Of a stretch of 64,000 nt of DNA, positions 35,853 through 45,277 are shown piece after piece. The notes below the pieces were generated by a model. The model searched no databases. It was given only the letters and a program-made list of their open reading frames with translations, and had not been told where the DNA came from. The stretch comes from an uncultured Acidimicrobiales bacterium (lineage in GTDB: Bacteria; Actinomycetota; Acidimicrobiia; Acidimicrobiales; RAAP-2). Position 1 is the first letter of the stretch; each line of letters opens with the position of its first letter. The position numbers and the translations under genes were made by a program. The DNA is taken from positions 551,398 through 615,397 of the forward strand of contig CAVQAI010000012.1 of the NCBI GenBank assembly GCA_963710495.1, in the 5' to 3' direction.

Positions 35853-38264
35853 ATGACCCACCTCCTGGCTGAAGGGGGGTACCAGGCGTTTCTCCTCTCC
35901 AACTCGGAGCGGGTCTGGCTGTACTTCGCGCTGGTCTGCGCCCTTGCCTCCATCACCGCGGGGCTGCTGTTGGTACGGGGGGTTCTCGCCGCCGACCAGG
36001 GGACGGCGTCGATGAAGGACATCGCCAAGGCCATCCAGGAGGGCGCCGAGGCCTTTCTGTCCCGTCAATTCAAGACCATCGGGCTCATCATCGTCCCGCT
36101 GGCCGTGCTGATCTTCTTCACCGCCACCAAGGTCACCCACACCGTCACCCACGTGGTTCTGTTGGGAGGCGTACCGGTCGGGGTGGTGCACCAGACGGTC
36201 ACCGACCTCACCTTCGCCCAGGCCGGCATCTATCGGGTGATCTGCTTTCTGGCCGGCGCCCTGTGCTCGGGGCTCACCGGGTTCATCGGGATGAGCCTGG
36301 CCGTCCGCGGCAACGTCCGCACCGCGGCCGCGGCGCGGGAGGGGAAGATGCCCCCGGCCTTGAAGGTGGCCTTCCGCACCGGCGCCATCACCGGCCTGCT
36401 CTGCGTGGGCCTCGGGCTGCTCGGTGCCACCGTGATCGTGCTCATCTTCCAGAACACCGCCACCTCGGTGCTCATCGGGTTCGGATTCGGCGCCTCGCTG
36501 CTCGCCCTGTTCATGCGGGTCGGGGGCGGCATCTTCACCAAGGCGGCCGACGTGGGCGCCGACCTGGTGGGCAAGGTGGAGGCGGGCATCCCCGAGGACG
36601 ACCCCCGCAACGCCGCCACCATCGCCGACAACGTGGGCGACAACGTGGGCGACTGTGCCGGCATGGCCGCCGACCTCTTCGAGTCGTACGTGATCACCAT
36701 CATCGCCTCGATCATCCTCGGAGTGACCGCCTTCTCCTCGATCCACCGGAGTGCCGACGCGGCCAAGACCGTCATCTTCCCCATCGCCGTGCCGGCCATC
36801 GGGATCCTGGCCACCATCATCGGCGTGCTGGTGGTGCGGGCCGGCCCCAGGGACCGCAACGCCATGGCTCCCATCAACCGCGGCGTATGGACCGCGGGCC
36901 TGCTCACCATCGGCGGCAGTGCCGTGGTGGCGGGCGCCTACCTCCACTACTGGAAGGCGTTCTACGCCGTGCTCACCGGGGTGGTCCTCATGCTGGTGGC
37001 CAGTCAGATCACCGAGCACTTCACCTCGACCGAGCGGAGCCCGGTGAAGGAGGTCGCCGAGACGGCCCGGACCGGGCCCGCCACCCTCACCCTGGCCGGC
37101 CTCTCCCTGGGGCTCGAGTCCTCGGTCTGGGCCATCATCGCCATCGTCCTGGCCATCGCCGTATCCATCGGGTTGGGCGGCGGCAACATCGAGCTCTCGC
37201 TCTACCTCGTCTCCCTCACCGGCATCGGCCTGCTGTCGACGGCCGGCATGATCGTGTCCGAGGACAGCTTCGGCCCGGTCTCGGACAACGCGGCGGGCGT
37301 GGCCGAGATGTCCGGGGAATTCACCGGGGAGGCGGAACGGGTCATGGTGAGCCTCGACGCGGTGGGCAACACCACCAAGGCGGTGACCAAGGGGGTCGCC
37401 ATCGGCTCGGCCGTGCTCGCCTCCATCGCCCTGTTCGCCTCCTTCATCGAGACCATCGGCTCCCAGCTCAACCTCCACGCACCCCCCTTCGCCCCGGTCA
37501 ACTGGCTCTTCGACCTCCCGCAGACCTCGATCAACGTCTCGCACCCGACCGTCTTCATCGGCGTCCTCATCGGCGGCTCGATCGCCTTCATCTTTTCGGC
37601 GCTGGCCATCCGGGCCGTCGGCCGCTCGGCGGGCACGGTCGTCCAGGAGGTACGCCGCCAGTTCCGTGAACACCCCGGGATCATGGACTACACCGAGAAG
37701 CCCCAGTACGGGAAAGTCATCGCCATCTGCACCACCGCCGCCCAGCGGGAGCTGGCCACGCCGGCCCTGCTGGCCGTGCTCTCGCCGGTCATCGTCGGGT
37801 TCGGCATCAATTACTTCGCCCTGGGGGCGTTCCTGGTCGGGGCCATCCTCACCGGGCAGCTGATGGCCAACTTCCTGTCCAACTCCGGCGGGGCGTGGGA
37901 CAACGCCAAGAAGTACATCGAAGACGGCAACGAGGGGGGCAAGGGGTCCGACGCCCACAAGGCCGCCGTGATCGGCGACACCATCGGCGACCCGTTCAAG
38001 GACACGGCCGGTCCCGCCCTCAACCCGCTGATCAAGGTGATGAACCTGGTCTCCCTGCTGATCCTGCCGGCGGTGATCACCCTGCGGGCCCACACCGGGG
38101 CGCGACTGGCCATTGCCGGGGTGGCCCTCGTCGTGCTCCTCGTGGCCATCGCCTTCTCCAAGCGGAAGACCGAGGCCATGGACAGCGACCTCCCGGCCGC
38201 CGCGCCCGAGGCCACGACGTTCGACCGGCCCGCTACGGTGGCGGTGGACGCCGTCCACGACTGA
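35853..38264 (+). CDS. hppA: membrane-bound proton/sodium-translocating pyrophosphatase
   Basis: GGIFTKAADVGADLVGKVE...IADNVGDNVGDCAGMAADLFESY...GGAWDNAKKYIE...IGDTIGDPFKDT. RBS GAAGGGAG. Confidence 0.95.
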   Translation: MTHLLAEGGYQAFLLSNSERVWLYFALVCALASITAGLLLVRGVLAADQGTASMKDIAKAIQEGAEAFLSRQFKTIGLIIVPLAVLIFFTATKVTHTVTHVVLLGGVPVGVVHQTVTDLTFAQAGIYRVICFLAGALCSGLTGFIGMSLAVRGNVRTAAAAREGKMPPALKVAFRTGAITGLLCVGLGLLGATVIVLIFQNTATSVLIGFGFGASLLALFMRVGGGIFTKAADVGADLVGKVEAGIPEDDPRNAATIADNVGDNVGDCAGMAADLFESYVITIIASIILGVTAFSSIHRSADAAKTVIFPIAVPAIGILATIIGVLVVRAGPRDRNAMAPINRGVWTAGLLTIGGSAVVAGAYLHYWKAFYAVLTGVVLMLVASQITEHFTSTERSPVKEVAETARTGPATLTLAGLSLGLESSVWAIIAIVLAIAVSIGLGGGNIELSLYLVSLTGIGLLSTAGMIVSEDSFGPVSDNAAGVAEMSGEFTGEAERVMVSLDAVGNTTKAVTKGVAIGSAVLASIALFASFIETIGSQLNLHAPPFAPVNWLFDLPQTSINVSHPTVFIGVLIGGSIAFIFSALAIRAVGRSAGTVVQEVRRQFREHPGIMDYTEKPQYGKVIAICTTAAQRELATPALLAVLSPVIVGFGINYFALGAFLVGAILTGQLMANFLSNSGGAWDNAKKYIEDGNEGGKGSDAHKAAVIGDTIGDPFKDTAGPALNPLIKVMNLVSLLILPAVITLRAHTGARLAIAGVALVVLLVAIAFSKRKTEAMDSDLPAAAPEATTFDRPATVAVDAVHD

Positions 38265-38316
38265 CGACGTCCGCCCAGCTCACCGGCCTGCTGCGCCGAC
38301 GGGCTGAACCGACAGG

Positions 38317-38346
38317 TTGACAATGGCGCGTAGCACCGTTCACCCT
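38317..38346 (+). promoter_or_regulatory. candidate promoter for topA
   Basis: Perfect -35 TTGACA, 18 nt, CACCCT (A2 and T6 conserved), ending 14 nt before the topA ATG. This implies a very short leader. Confidence 0.3.
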
Positions 38347-38359
38347 GTGCCCCACGAGC

Positions 38360-41300
38360 ATGGCATCGACCGACGTCACCCCGACCAGCACCGACGAGGG
38401 CACCCCCACTGGTGCCCGGGGGGGTGGGCCGCGGCCCGGTAACGGGGCGAAACCCCTGGTCATCGTGGAATCGCCGGCCAAAGCCAAGACCATCGCCGGC
38501 TTGCTCGGGTCGGAGTACGTCGTCGAGTCCTCCATCGGCCACATCCGGGACCTTCCCCGCCGGGCCGACGAGGTCCCGGCCGCCTACAAGGGCGAGGCCT
38601 GGTCGCGGCTGGGGGTCGACGTCGACAACGGGTTCAAGCCGCTCTATGTGATCTCCGCCGACAAGAAGTCCCAGGTGGCCAAACTCAAGCAGCTGGTCAA
38701 GCAGGCCAGCGAGGTCTATCTGGCCTCCGACGAGGACCGAGAGGGCGAGTCGATCGCCTGGCATCTCCTGGAGGTACTGGCCCCCCGGGTGCCGGTCAAG
38801 CGGATGGTCTTCCACGAGATCACCCGCCCGGCCATCGAGCGCGCCGTCAACGAGTGGCGTGACCTCGACCGGCGCCTGGTCGACGCCCAGGAGGCCCGGC
38901 GGATCCTGGACCGCCTCTACGGCTACGAGGTATCGCCCGTGCTGTGGAAGAAGATCATGCCGCGGCTCTCGGCCGGCCGGGTGCAGAGCGTGGCCACCCG
39001 GATGGTGGTCGAGCGGGAACGGTCGCGCATGGCGTTCCGCCCGGCCGGATGGTGGGGCATCGACGCCACGTTCACGACCGCCGCCGGGGTGGCCCAAGCC
39101 ACGCCGGGCGCCCAGGGCTTCCCCAACTCGTTCACCGCCTCCCTGGCCGCGGTGGACGGAGTGCCGCTGGCCTCGGGACGGGACTTCGGGCAGACCGGCA
39201 CCATTACCTCACCCGGTTCGGTGGTGGTCCTCGACGAGGAGGAGGCCCGATCGCTCGCCGGCGACCTCGAGGGTGTGCCCTTCTCGGTCAAGTCCCTCAC
39301 CGAGAAGCCCTTCCGGCGCTCCCCGGCGGCGCCGTTCATGACCTCGACCCTGCAGCAGGAGGCCGGCCGCAAGCTCCGGTTCAGCTCCCGGCGGGCCATG
39401 CAGGTGGCGCAGCGCCTGTACGAGGACGGCTGGATCACGTACATGCGGACGGACTCCACCACCCTGTCGGATGAGGCCCTCCGAGCCGCCCGGGCCCAGG
39501 CGTCGACCCTGTACGGGTCGGCCTACGTGCCCGACCAGCCGCGTCGCTACGAGCGCAAGGTGAAGAACGCCCAGGAGGCGCACGAAGCCATCCGGCCGGC
39601 CGGTGACTCGTTCCGCACTCCGGACGCGGCAGCCCGCTCGCTGTCCGGCGACGAGCTGCGCCTCTATGACCTGATCTGGAAGCGCACGGTGGCCTCGCAG
39701 ATGAACGACGCCACCGGCACGAGCGCCCAGGTTCGGCTGGTCGGCACCTCGACCGGCGGCGGCGACCGGGCCGGCCGGCAGGCGGAGTTCTCCGCCTCGG
39801 GCAAGGTCATCCAATTCCCCGGTTTCCTGCGGGCCTACGTGGAGGGCGAGGACGACCCCGAGGCCGAGCTGGCCGATCGCGAGGTCCACCTGCCGCCGAT
39901 GGCCGAGGGCGACCCGGTGTCGGTGTCCGACCTCGAGCCCGGATCGCACACCACCCAGCCTCCGGCGCGCTTCACCGAGGCGTCCCTGGTGAAGGCCATG
40001 GAGGAGTTGGGCGTGGGCCGGCCGTCCACCTATGCCAGCGTCATCGCCACCATCCTCGACCGGGGCTACGTCTGGAAGAAGGGCACCGCCCTCGTCCCGT
40101 CTTTCACTGCGTTCGCCGTGGTCGGGTTGCTCGAACGGTACTTCTCCGACCTGGTGGACTACGGGTTCACGGCCTCCATGGAGGACGACCTCGACGCCAT
40201 CGCCTCGGGGAGCGAGGAGTCCCTCCCCTGGCTCACGCGTTTCTACTTCGGTGACGGCGCCGGAAACGGTGCCGGAGCCGACGGCGGGGAGCCCGGGCCC
40301 GGCTCGGCCGGCGACGGTCAGGGACTCGGTCTCAAGCGGGAGGTGAGCACGTACCTCGGGGAGATCGACGCCCGTGAGATCAACTCAATTCCCATCGGCA
40401 CCGGTTCCGACGGCAGGGAGATCGTGGCCCGGGTCGGTCGCTACGGCCCGTACCTCCAGCGCGGGGAGGATCGCGTGTCGGTGCCCGAGGACCTGGCCCC
40501 CGACGAGCTGACCGTCGAGCGGGCCGAGGAGCTCCTCGACGCGCCGTCGTCGGACCGGGTGCTCGGCGAGGACCCGGAGACCGGGCTGCCGGTGCAGGTG
40601 CGCGCCGGCCGCTTCGGGCCCTACGTCCAGCTCGGGGAACTGGTCGAGGGCGGACCGAAACCCCGGACGTCGTCGCTGTTCGCCACGATGTCGCCGTCCA
40701 CGCTCACCGTGGAGGAGGCGCTCGACCTGCTTCGCATTCCCCGGCCGGTCGGTACCGACCCGGCCACCGGGGAGGAGATCGTGGCCCACAACGGTCGGTT
40801 CGGTCCGTACCTCAAGCGAGGCGCCGAGACGAGAAGCCTGCTGACCGAGGATCAGATCCTGACCGTCGGCCTCGACGAGGCGCTCGGGCTCTTCGCCCAG
40901 CCCAAGACCCGGGGTCGCAACGCCAAGGGCCCGCTGCGCCAACTGGGTGCCGATCCCAATACCGGGCGCCCCATGGTGGTCAAGGACGGTCGCTTCGGGC
41001 CGTACGTGACCGACGGAACGACCAACGCCTCCTTGCGGCGGGGTGACGAGGTTGAGAACCTCACGGACGAGCGGGCGGCCGAGCTGTTGGCCGAGCGCCG
41101 GGCGGCCGGACCGGCCGGCGGCAAGCGGGCGGCGAAGAAGGCGGGGGCGAAGAAGGCGGGGGCGAAGAAGGCCGGGGCGAAGAAGGCCGGGGCGAAGAAA
41201 GCTCCGTCCAAGCGGGCGGCGGCCAAGAAGTCGGGAACCACCAAGGCCGCCGCCAACAAAGCGAGGGCCGCCACGGCTCCCGCCAAGAAGATTGGCGCAG

Positions 41301-41404
41301 CGAAGACCGCGCCGAAGGTGGCGGTGGGCACGGAGTCCGGAGCCGCCGCCACGTCGGGTGGGTCACGGCCCGACTCGATGCCGGGGGCCGACGAGCCAGG
41401 GTGA
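38360..41404 (+). CDS. topA: DNA topoisomerase I with actinobacterial Lys/Ala-rich C-terminal tail
   Basis: TOPRIM PLVIVESPAKAKTI...ASDEDREGESIAWH. Active-site region YITYMRTDS. C-terminal repeats GRFGPY x4, then an (AKKAG)n tail. Confidence 0.96.
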   Translation: MASTDVTPTSTDEGTPTGARGGGPRPGNGAKPLVIVESPAKAKTIAGLLGSEYVVESSIGHIRDLPRRADEVPAAYKGEAWSRLGVDVDNGFKPLYVISADKKSQVAKLKQLVKQASEVYLASDEDREGESIAWHLLEVLAPRVPVKRMVFHEITRPAIERAVNEWRDLDRRLVDAQEARRILDRLYGYEVSPVLWKKIMPRLSAGRVQSVATRMVVERERSRMAFRPAGWWGIDATFTTAAGVAQATPGAQGFPNSFTASLAAVDGVPLASGRDFGQTGTITSPGSVVVLDEEEARSLAGDLEGVPFSVKSLTEKPFRRSPAAPFMTSTLQQEAGRKLRFSSRRAMQVAQRLYEDGWITYMRTDSTTLSDEALRAARAQASTLYGSAYVPDQPRRYERKVKNAQEAHEAIRPAGDSFRTPDAAARSLSGDELRLYDLIWKRTVASQMNDATGTSAQVRLVGTSTGGGDRAGRQAEFSASGKVIQFPGFLRAYVEGEDDPEAELADREVHLPPMAEGDPVSVSDLEPGSHTTQPPARFTEASLVKAMEELGVGRPSTYASVIATILDRGYVWKKGTALVPSFTAFAVVGLLERYFSDLVDYGFTASMEDDLDAIASGSEESLPWLTRFYFGDGAGNGAGADGGEPGPGSAGDGQGLGLKREVSTYLGEIDAREINSIPIGTGSDGREIVARVGRYGPYLQRGEDRVSVPEDLAPDELTVERAEELLDAPSSDRVLGEDPETGLPVQVRAGRFGPYVQLGELVEGGPKPRTSSLFATMSPSTLTVEEALDLLRIPRPVGTDPATGEEIVAHNGRFGPYLKRGAETRSLLTEDQILTVGLDEALGLFAQPKTRGRNAKGPLRQLGADPNTGRPMVVKDGRFGPYVTDGTTNASLRRGDEVENLTDERAAELLAERRAAGPAGGKRAAKKAGAKKAGAKKAGAKKAGAKKAPSKRAAAKKSGTTKAAANKARAATAPAKKIGAAKTAPKVAVGTESGAAATSGGSRPDSMPGADEPG
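41132..41200. repeat. about 4.5 copies of a 15-bp tandem repeat in the topA tail
   Basis: gcgaagaaggcgggg x2, gcgaagaaggccggg x2, then a partial copy. These encode AKKAG repeats. Confidence 0.9.
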
Positions 41405-42033
41405 CCAGCCGGGAACGGGGCCGTCTGATCGCGCTCGAAGGGATCGACGGGTGCGGTAAGTCCACCCAGGCCCGACGACTGGCCGATCGGCTCGGCGCTC
41501 TCCTCACGTTCGAGCCGGGTGCCACCGAGCTCGGGGTATCGCTCCGCCGCTTGCTGCTCGACACCGCCGGGAGCCCGGTGTCCGAACGGGCCGAGGCGTT
41601 GTTGATGGCGGCCGACCGAGCCCAGCACGTGACCGAAGTCATGGTCCCGGCCCTGGACGCCGGGACCTGGGTGGTGACCGACCGCTACGCCGCCTCGACC
41701 CTCGCCTACCAGGGCTACGGGCGCGGGCTTGGCCTCGATCGACTGGAGCGACTGGTCCAGTGGGCTACCGGGGGGCTCGCTCCCGACCTGACCCTGCTCA
41801 TCGACGTCCCCGTAGCGCTGGCCGCGGGCCGGCGACGCGGCTCTCTCGACCGGCTCGAGCGCCAGGGCGGCGGGTTCCAACAGCGGGTGGCCGACGGGTA
41901 CCGTCAGCTGGCGGCCGAGGCCGCCACGCCCTGGCGTGTGGTCGACGGCTCGGGGACGGCCGATGATGTGGCGGCCTCGGTCTGGTCGAGCGTCGCCGCC
42001 GTGTTCGGCCAGGTGCCGGACCATGGCGACTAG
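41401..42033 (+). CDS. tmk: dTMP (thymidylate) kinase
   Basis: GTG start overlapping the topA stop (GTGA). LIALEGIDGCGKSTQ P-loop and DRYAASTLAYQG. Confidence 0.9.
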   Translation: MTSRERGRLIALEGIDGCGKSTQARRLADRLGALLTFEPGATELGVSLRRLLLDTAGSPVSERAEALLMAADRAQHVTEVMVPALDAGTWVVTDRYAASTLAYQGYGRGLGLDRLERLVQWATGGLAPDLTLLIDVPVALAAGRRRGSLDRLERQGGGFQQRVADGYRQLAAEAATPWRVVDGSGTADDVAASVWSSVAAVFGQVPDHGD

Positions 42034-43174
42034 CCCCGTCCCACCCGAGGGCACCGATGACCTCGGACCCCCGGCCGAATCGGTGCCCTCCCCGGCCCTC
42101 TTCGCCGAGGTCGTGGGACAGGAGCGCGCCGTGGCCCAGTTGTCGGCCGCCGCCCGCCGGCCGGTCCACGCCTACCTCCTGCACGGGCCGCCCGGCTCGG
42201 GCAAGCGGGCCGCGGCCCGGGCTCTCGCCGCCGCCCTGCTCTGCCCGCGGGGCGGGTGCGGCACCTGCAACGTGTGCCGACGGGCACTGGCAGGTTCGCA
42301 CCCCGATCTGGTGGTGGTCGAGCGGTCCGGCGCGGCGTTGGACATCGACGAGGCCCGGTCGATCGTGGCCCGCGCCCAGCGCCACCCCTTCGAGGCGGCG
42401 CGCCAGGTGCTGATGATCACCGACCTGCACCTGGCCGAGCGAGCGGTTCCGGCACTGCTGAAGACCGTCGAAGAGCCGCCTCCGGCCACGGTGTTCGTGC
42501 TCATCGCCGACGACGTCCCGGCCATGTTGGCCACCATCGCCAGCCGCTGCGTGCGGGTCGGCTTCGAACCGGTGCGCGCCGGGGCGATCGTCGAATGGCT
42601 CCTCGGGCACGGAGTCCCCCGTGACCAGGCCGAGTCGGTGGCCCGGGCGTCCGGAGGCCGGCTTGACCGGGCCGAGCTGCTGGTGAGCGACCCCGGCTAC
42701 CGGGCCCGCCAGGAGCAGTGGCGCTCGGTGCCCGCTCGCCTGGACGGGACCGGCTCGGCCGCCGCCGTCGTGTCGGCCGAGCTGCTGGCCTCGGCCGACG
42801 AAGCGCTCGAGCCCCTCCGGGCCAGGCACGCCGAGGAGCTGGTGGCCCTGGCCGAGCAGGCCGAGCTGATCGGGACCCGGGGCATCACCGGGCGTCGCCA
42901 GGTGGAGGAGCGCCACAAGCGGGAGGAACGCCGTTGGCGCACCGACGACCTGCGCTTCGGGTTGGCCACACTGGCCGAGGTGTACCGCGATCGGCTGGCC
43001 GCCACGGTGGCGACCGGGGTCGAGGAGTCCTCCCCGGGCAGCGAGGCCGAAGCCCGCCGGGCGGCGGGTCAGGTGGACGCCATCGGCGAGGCCTCGGTGG
43101 CGCTGGGCCGGAACGCCAACGAGTCCCTGATGATGGAGGCGTTGATGGTCGAGCTGTCGGGCATGACCGGCTGA
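42023..43174 (+). CDS. holB: DNA polymerase III subunit delta-prime
   Basis: ORF 41936..43174 trimmed to the ATG at 42023, giving an 11-nt overlap with tmk. HAYLLHGPPGSGK and a Zn-module-like CPRGGCGTCNVCRR. Confidence 0.88.
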   Translation: MATSPVPPEGTDDLGPPAESVPSPALFAEVVGQERAVAQLSAAARRPVHAYLLHGPPGSGKRAAARALAAALLCPRGGCGTCNVCRRALAGSHPDLVVVERSGAALDIDEARSIVARAQRHPFEAARQVLMITDLHLAERAVPALLKTVEEPPPATVFVLIADDVPAMLATIASRCVRVGFEPVRAGAIVEWLLGHGVPRDQAESVARASGGRLDRAELLVSDPGYRARQEQWRSVPARLDGTGSAAAVVSAELLASADEALEPLRARHAEELVALAEQAELIGTRGITGRRQVEERHKREERRWRTDDLRFGLATLAEVYRDRLAATVATGVEESSPGSEAEARRAAGQVDAIGEASVALGRNANESLMMEALMVELSGMTG

Positions 43175-43213
43175 ATCGAGCCGCTTGGTCCGGCTCTGGT
43201 GACGCCCGGAGGC

Positions 43214-43775
43214 TTACCTGTAGGCCCCGAGCCGGGTGACACCGGCTCCGAGGTCGTGGGCGCAGATGCGACCCCGTCCGAAGAAGTGAACGACCAAGGC
43301 GCGACGAGTGGCGGCGTAGTCCTTCCGTTCCGATCCTCCGTGGATGAGGTTGGCGTGCCAGAACAGGACATCGCCTTTTGGCATGGAAGGAATGAGGCTC
43401 GTTCTCGGCGACCTGGCGCCAGCGATGGCTACACCCGGCAACTACCCATTGGGGCGCTGTCCCAAGAGTCTCAACAGGTAGGACCCAGCCCGTCCGGGCT
43501 TGCCAGAGTGGTGACCGTCCGAACTGTGTCCGGAACGTCCGAATGAGCCTCCAGTGAATCCTTCGGCTCGATTGGGTTCCTCATACTTCGGCACCTTCTT
43601 GAGTCTGACCCGCCTTTTGCGAGACTTGCTACCTTGAGATCCCATGCCTTTATCTTGACCGATGATGACTCGCCTTGTCGCTCGTTGCCAGAGTGCACGC
43701 TCCCGGAGTTCGGGGCGGGTGGCGACCCCCGAGGAAGTGGTTGCGGATCCCAGCTAAGCTGTCCTCGACCGCCAT
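43214..43775 (-). pseudogene. decayed phytanoyl-CoA dioxygenase (PhyH)-family gene
   Basis: The C-terminal piece KGDVLFWHANLIHGGSER...RRALVVHFF is intact (43214..43441). The upstream parts are in two other frames (..LEAHSDVPD.. and ..SYLLRLLGQRPNG-stop), so at least two frameshifts/stops are present. The total is too short for the family. Confidence 0.45.
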
Positions 43776-43812
43776 CGCGGTGCCAAGCCCCACCTGAATG
43801 AAGGAGGGGTAC

Positions 43813-44601
43813 GTGATCCCAAATCTGGATCAGACAGATCGTGGCTTCATGCCAGTGGGGCGCAACGTTCTCAGGCTGCTCGGACCGGCGTTGCTTGTGG
43901 TAACCGTCCTGACGGTTGTGGCTAGCGTGCCTGCGGGCGCCGATGCCCCCAGGATCACAAAACCTGGAGCTCCTACAGCCGTTACTGCAACCGCCATCAG
44001 TGGGGGTGCAGCAGTGTCGTGGACGGCACCGGTTTCTGACGGTGGTTCCCCCATCACTGGCTACACGGTGACCGCCTCGCACGGTGGCCAGACCTGTACG
44101 ACCACAGGGGCCACCCTGTGCACGGTCACCGGACTCACCAATGGACGCCGTTACGAGATCAAAGTGCGAGCATCAAACATCAAGGGCGAGGGCCACGCCT
44201 CGACACGAGTCCAAGTGACGTTGCTTCCGACTGTGTTTTTTCTTTCCGCAGGTGAGCTCTTTTCTGGGACGATTGCCGTGCCCGTTACGTTGAGTCGATC
44301 CTCGTCGAGGACAGTACAGGTTGACTTTGCGACTTCCAACGGCCCAAGTGGTGGGACCTTTGACACGTATTTCATCGGCGACGCCGCCGCGTTCAGCCCG
44401 AGCTCGGGCACGGTCACGTTCGCTCCCGGTCAGACCGCCGCGGCGATCTCGTTCTCCGTCAACACCCCCAATCCCGGTGGCTGTCCGATTGCCATACCCG
44501 CGAACCATTGCTTCCCCGGACTCACTGTCACACTCTCCACCCCGGTGAACGCGCTGCTCGGTGCGGTGCCATCCACAAACGTGGGCTACGACGGCAGTTA
44601 G
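43813..44601 (+). CDS. secreted protein: signal peptide + fibronectin type III domain + Calx-beta-like domain
   Basis: GTG 43813 follows a strong AAGGAGG plus 5 nt. Signal LRLLGPALLVVTVLTVVASVPAGADA. FN3: PGAPTAVTATAISGGAAVSWTAPVSDGGSPITGYTV...LTNGRRYEIKVRASN. Calx-beta-like: SGTVTFAPGQTAAAISFSV. Confidence 0.75.
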   Translation: MIPNLDQTDRGFMPVGRNVLRLLGPALLVVTVLTVVASVPAGADAPRITKPGAPTAVTATAISGGAAVSWTAPVSDGGSPITGYTVTASHGGQTCTTTGATLCTVTGLTNGRRYEIKVRASNIKGEGHASTRVQVTLLPTVFFLSAGELFSGTIAVPVTLSRSSSRTVQVDFATSNGPSGGTFDTYFIGDAAAFSPSSGTVTFAPGQTAAAISFSVNTPNPGGCPIAIPANHCFPGLTVTLSTPVNALLGAVPSTNVGYDGS

Positions 44602-44682
44602 TTAGCCGCGATCAGCTTCAAACTTCCCCATGCGGATAGGGCGACTCTGAGCCGGGGATGGGGGGCACGTCTGTCGTGGTCT

Positions 44683-45192
44683 ATGGAAAGCTCTGTGGGC
44701 GTGAGGCGGTCGGCAGTGGGGGTATCGGCCGCAGTCATCTCAGTTGTCCTCCTCGCTAGTGCATGCGGTGGTGGGCCATCAGAGCCTGCGGCTATCCGGC
44801 CGACGACCTCGACGACGACCAAGACGGTCAATTTGACGATAGAAAAGGTAACGGCTTCTCCCTCGATGGAACTTCAAGATGGTCAGCAAGTGACCATTCG
44901 CGTTCAGGGTTTCAGGCTGGGTGTGCCGGGTATTAAGTTCTTCCTGTCTGAATGCCAGTCACCCTTGCAGGTCAGCCCTCTGGGGTGCGGGAACCAGTTG
45001 GCCTCCCAGCCCTTCGGTCTCACCGACAGCAACGGAGACGGATCGGGATCGGTATCCTTCAGTGTCCAATCAAGTGCCGCAACAAGACCTCTCAGCTCGG
45101 CATTGGTCCCTTGCGCCGGAACATGCGTGATCGTGGCGACCACGGGAGCCAACGACAACTACGGCTTTGCACCCATCGCCTTCAACGGGTAG
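44683..45192 (+). CDS. lipoprotein with neocarzinostatin-family (enediyne apoprotein-like) Ig fold
   Basis: Lipobox VVLLASAC. The mature part aligns by eye with neocarzinostatin apoprotein: LQDGQQVTIRVQGF, the ECQSPLQVSPLGC Cys pair, TDSNGDGSGSVSFSV, the PCAGTC Cys pair, and the IAFN end. An alternative GTG start lies at 44701. Confidence 0.7.
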   Translation: MESSVGVRRSAVGVSAAVISVVLLASACGGGPSEPAAIRPTTSTTTKTVNLTIEKVTASPSMELQDGQQVTIRVQGFRLGVPGIKFFLSECQSPLQVSPLGCGNQLASQPFGLTDSNGDGSGSVSFSVQSSAATRPLSSALVPCAGTCVIVATTGANDNYGFAPIAFNG

Positions 45193-45277
45193 TTACGCCT
45201 CGCCGACCCGGCGTTCGGGGGCAGGGTAGCAAGGTTCCTTGTCGCCGATGACGAGGCAACCGTGTCATCGTTTCCAG

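Noticed and set aside
35667-38258. 863-aa minus-strand ORF antisense to hppA, and similar long shadow ORFs (21194..23146 -, 24637..26784 +, 26853..28598 -, 30756..32450 +, 55311..57206 +, 58775..60196 +, 8879..10381 -)
   Set aside because: All lie opposite or out of frame to genes with unambiguous family motifs. All have the Arg/Gly/Pro/Asp/His-heavy, low-complexity composition typical of non-coding frames in very high G+C DNA.
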